Translations under genes and position numbers: made by a program
Shown: one piece after another, positions 43,914 through 46,005 of the stretch
Layout of the letters: the number at the start of each line of letters is the position of its first letter
How positions within the stretch are numbered: position 1 is the first letter of the stretch
Source: Klebsormidium nitens
Lineage: Eukaryota > Plantae > Klebsormidiophyceae
NCBI GenBank assembly: GCA_000708835.1
Contig: DF237608.1
Span: 1-46,005, forward strand
Reading direction: 5' to 3'
Length of the DNA stretch: 46,005 nt
The notes under the pieces: generated by a model
Seen by the model: only the letters and a program-made list of their open reading frames with translations
The model's database searches: none
What the model was told of the DNA's origin: nothing

Positions 43914-46005
43914 TTGGAAGAAGCAATTAGGCGGCAGCGTTTTCCATGGTGCTAATGATGCGGATTGGCGTCTTGTGGAGATCGGGGTCAGTCAAAGTCA
44001 GTCGTGCTTGGTATGCGCAGGTTATAAGCGCCCGTCCATAACGTTGTGTGCTTGTTGATATAAGTAGTTTGTTCTTGCTGCGGTATAATACTGCAACGAA
44101 TTCTGCGGTCAGTACAGCAATGTCCTACTGGCGGTAAATTAGATGGAAGGCTATTAGGGCAACTACACGTAAAACGTAAGGTAAATATAGACGCTTTGCG
44201 GTTTCGGAAGCCTTTTTTTGGAAGACGGTTAACATTACCTGCACAAATCTGCAATGGAGTAGCCGGTATTCAGAAGTGCTCCGGGTCGTTTGCACGTGTT
44301 GAGTAATGCTACCAGTTGTTGGAATTGTAATGACTTGTTGTAAGACCGGCCATTATGTAGCCTAAACAAGATGTATCGGGCTGTCCATTGAACTATCCTG
44401 GGGGATAATTGTGCGGATTGACGCCGTTTGGACATTCCTTGCTCATGCATAGTCATAGCCTTGCGGCTGCATTGGCAACGGCCGGCCCACAGCCAATCTG
44501 CGCCGTTTGCATGCTTTTAAATGAGCGCCACACTGCATCAGTGGCCCTGACCGCAGTCTGCGGCGTACCACGTGGTAATTCTTTGTTACAGTGATAATGG
44601 TGACTTGGATCATGTATTCAACGCCCTTTAGTAGCCACGTTAGAACCATAGATCGAGCACGGTCTCCGGCAGACCCGGGCCGGATAGTTCGTAATTGACG
44701 ATCTACGGCCGCTGTAATTCGAATGTCCGGACTCGACTCTGGGCGGCATTCTGTTGTTATTGCTAGGAATCGAACGCTTGATCAAGTGCATGCAGGTAAT
44801 GTGTCATTGGGTTCGAGTACCTCAATGCAATTGAATGTGGCGATTTTGAACATACATATACATACATATCATCTATAGTGACACTGATGACGTACATGAC
44901 TCGAAACGATCAGGCGGTAACGGGCGCCTGCTTTAACCGTTACCATGGCGGCCAGGGCTGCGTAAAACGGGCGTAAAACAGCACCCTGCATCATGAGTAG
45001 CCGCTAAAACACACAGCTGGCTGCCCAGCCGCATCCGTAGTGCCTCCGCCGACCCAAAGGTGTAAGGAGCTGCCACCGCAAGCGCGGCGCCACACCAAAC
45101 AATCAATTCTTGAACCAACACCCAACGTTAGCTGGGCCTGTCCAACAAAAGCTGCAAAACATACTGAGGCAGGGCCGTTAAACAGCCTGCCAAAGACAGC
45201 AGGACATGGCATTGCCATGCCCGGAAAACTGCAGGCAGCTACGCTACTTACAGGCAGGCGGAAAGTCAGGGAATGAGATGGACGCTCGACAAGCATAAAA
45301 GGGGAGGCATCCTTTTCCTTCTTTTCTGGCCATCAATGTCTTGCATGTGCTGCTTATTCAATGCATCCAAACATGCCGTCATATTTCAGCAGACCTTGTT
45401 TTTTGGGGGATTGGCAGCACCCTGACAAGCTTACGCAAAGCCATGCAGAATCGAGGTATCGGCAGGCTTGAAGCACATCTGTTCAATCCTGCTTGTTGGT
45501 CTGCAGGATTAGCAGGTAGTGCTTGTCAATCTTGTCTGGCTGGGCCATCTTTCTTGCAAGTGCCAATTATGCCCTCCCCACTGAGATCTAGGATGCCAGA
45601 TGTTTCAAGGGTGTATGCTTGCTGGCACGTCGTGAAAGGACCTGAAAAGGAGCTGGAAATCCTCAAGCAAACCTGAGTGGTCAAAGCCCGCACGATGCAC
45701 CTTTTTCTCCTCATGCGGGGAGTTTTTTAACGGCCGTCACTGTGGCATATCCTTCTCAAACCTTATCATTATTTCCTATACACAGGCGTACACTGTTCTG
45801 CGAGAACCCTGACGAAGGCAACTGCCACAGACATCATGAGGTGTACATGACGTTGGGAGCATTGCTCTGCTTGTGTCCTCGTACAGCTCAAGGGCATCAA
45901 CTGAAAGTCCCTAGTCTTCCAAGGCTTGCAGTTTAGCCATATGTCTAATTAAGGTTCCGCAAACAGACGCGCAGTGGTCAATCAGTCTGAAAAGAGGCAA
46001 AATTC

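Noticed and set aside
43988-44254. ORF QICAGNVNRL.. as a LINE endonuclease relic
   Set aside because: Only a faint WNV.GL-like start. No LQET or GVAIL motif and no RT sequence follows.
44930-46005. Possible 3' exons of a ninth (minus-strand) gene at the right edge
   Set aside because: Acceptor-like sites exist (e.g. CCTTTTCAG near 45640), but no translation is recognisable, so it cannot be supported.

Overview
Eukaryotic, intron-rich nuclear DNA (GT-AG introns of about 0.3-2 kb). It is most likely a streptophyte green alga of the Klebsormidium type; this is inferred from a BES1/BZR1 domain, plant-type PRMT6, DUF2045 and GMI1 proteins, and the intron style. Most ORFs in the supplied track are intron read-through or antisense shadows. 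By hand-splicing I reconstruct 8 protein-coding genes in strictly alternating orientation: SPFH/band-7 A (-, partial), SPFH/band-7 B (+), MAPEG (-), twin-CX9C COA4-like (+), PRMT6 (-), BES1/BZR1-domain TF (+), DUF2045/KIAA0930-like (-, 11 exons, one GC-AG intron) and a GMI1/SMCHD1-like GHKL-ATPase/SMC-hinge gene (+, 13 exons, apparent 1-nt frameshift). Best leads: (i) a head-to-head pair of two divergent membrane-anchored SPFH paralogues, a candidate uncharacterised heteromeric SPFH complex; (ii) five tandem duplications that copy a splice junction plus exon edge into the intron, creating decoy or alternative splice sites; (iii) a strong C-to-G switch at synonymous sites along single exons; (iv) CpG-depleted versus CpG-rich genes side by side; (v) a MAPEG that keeps the LTC4S/MGST2 catalytic residues in ungapped register. 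All calls are by eye, with no database search. I found no tRNA, rRNA, CRISPR array or intact transposase.
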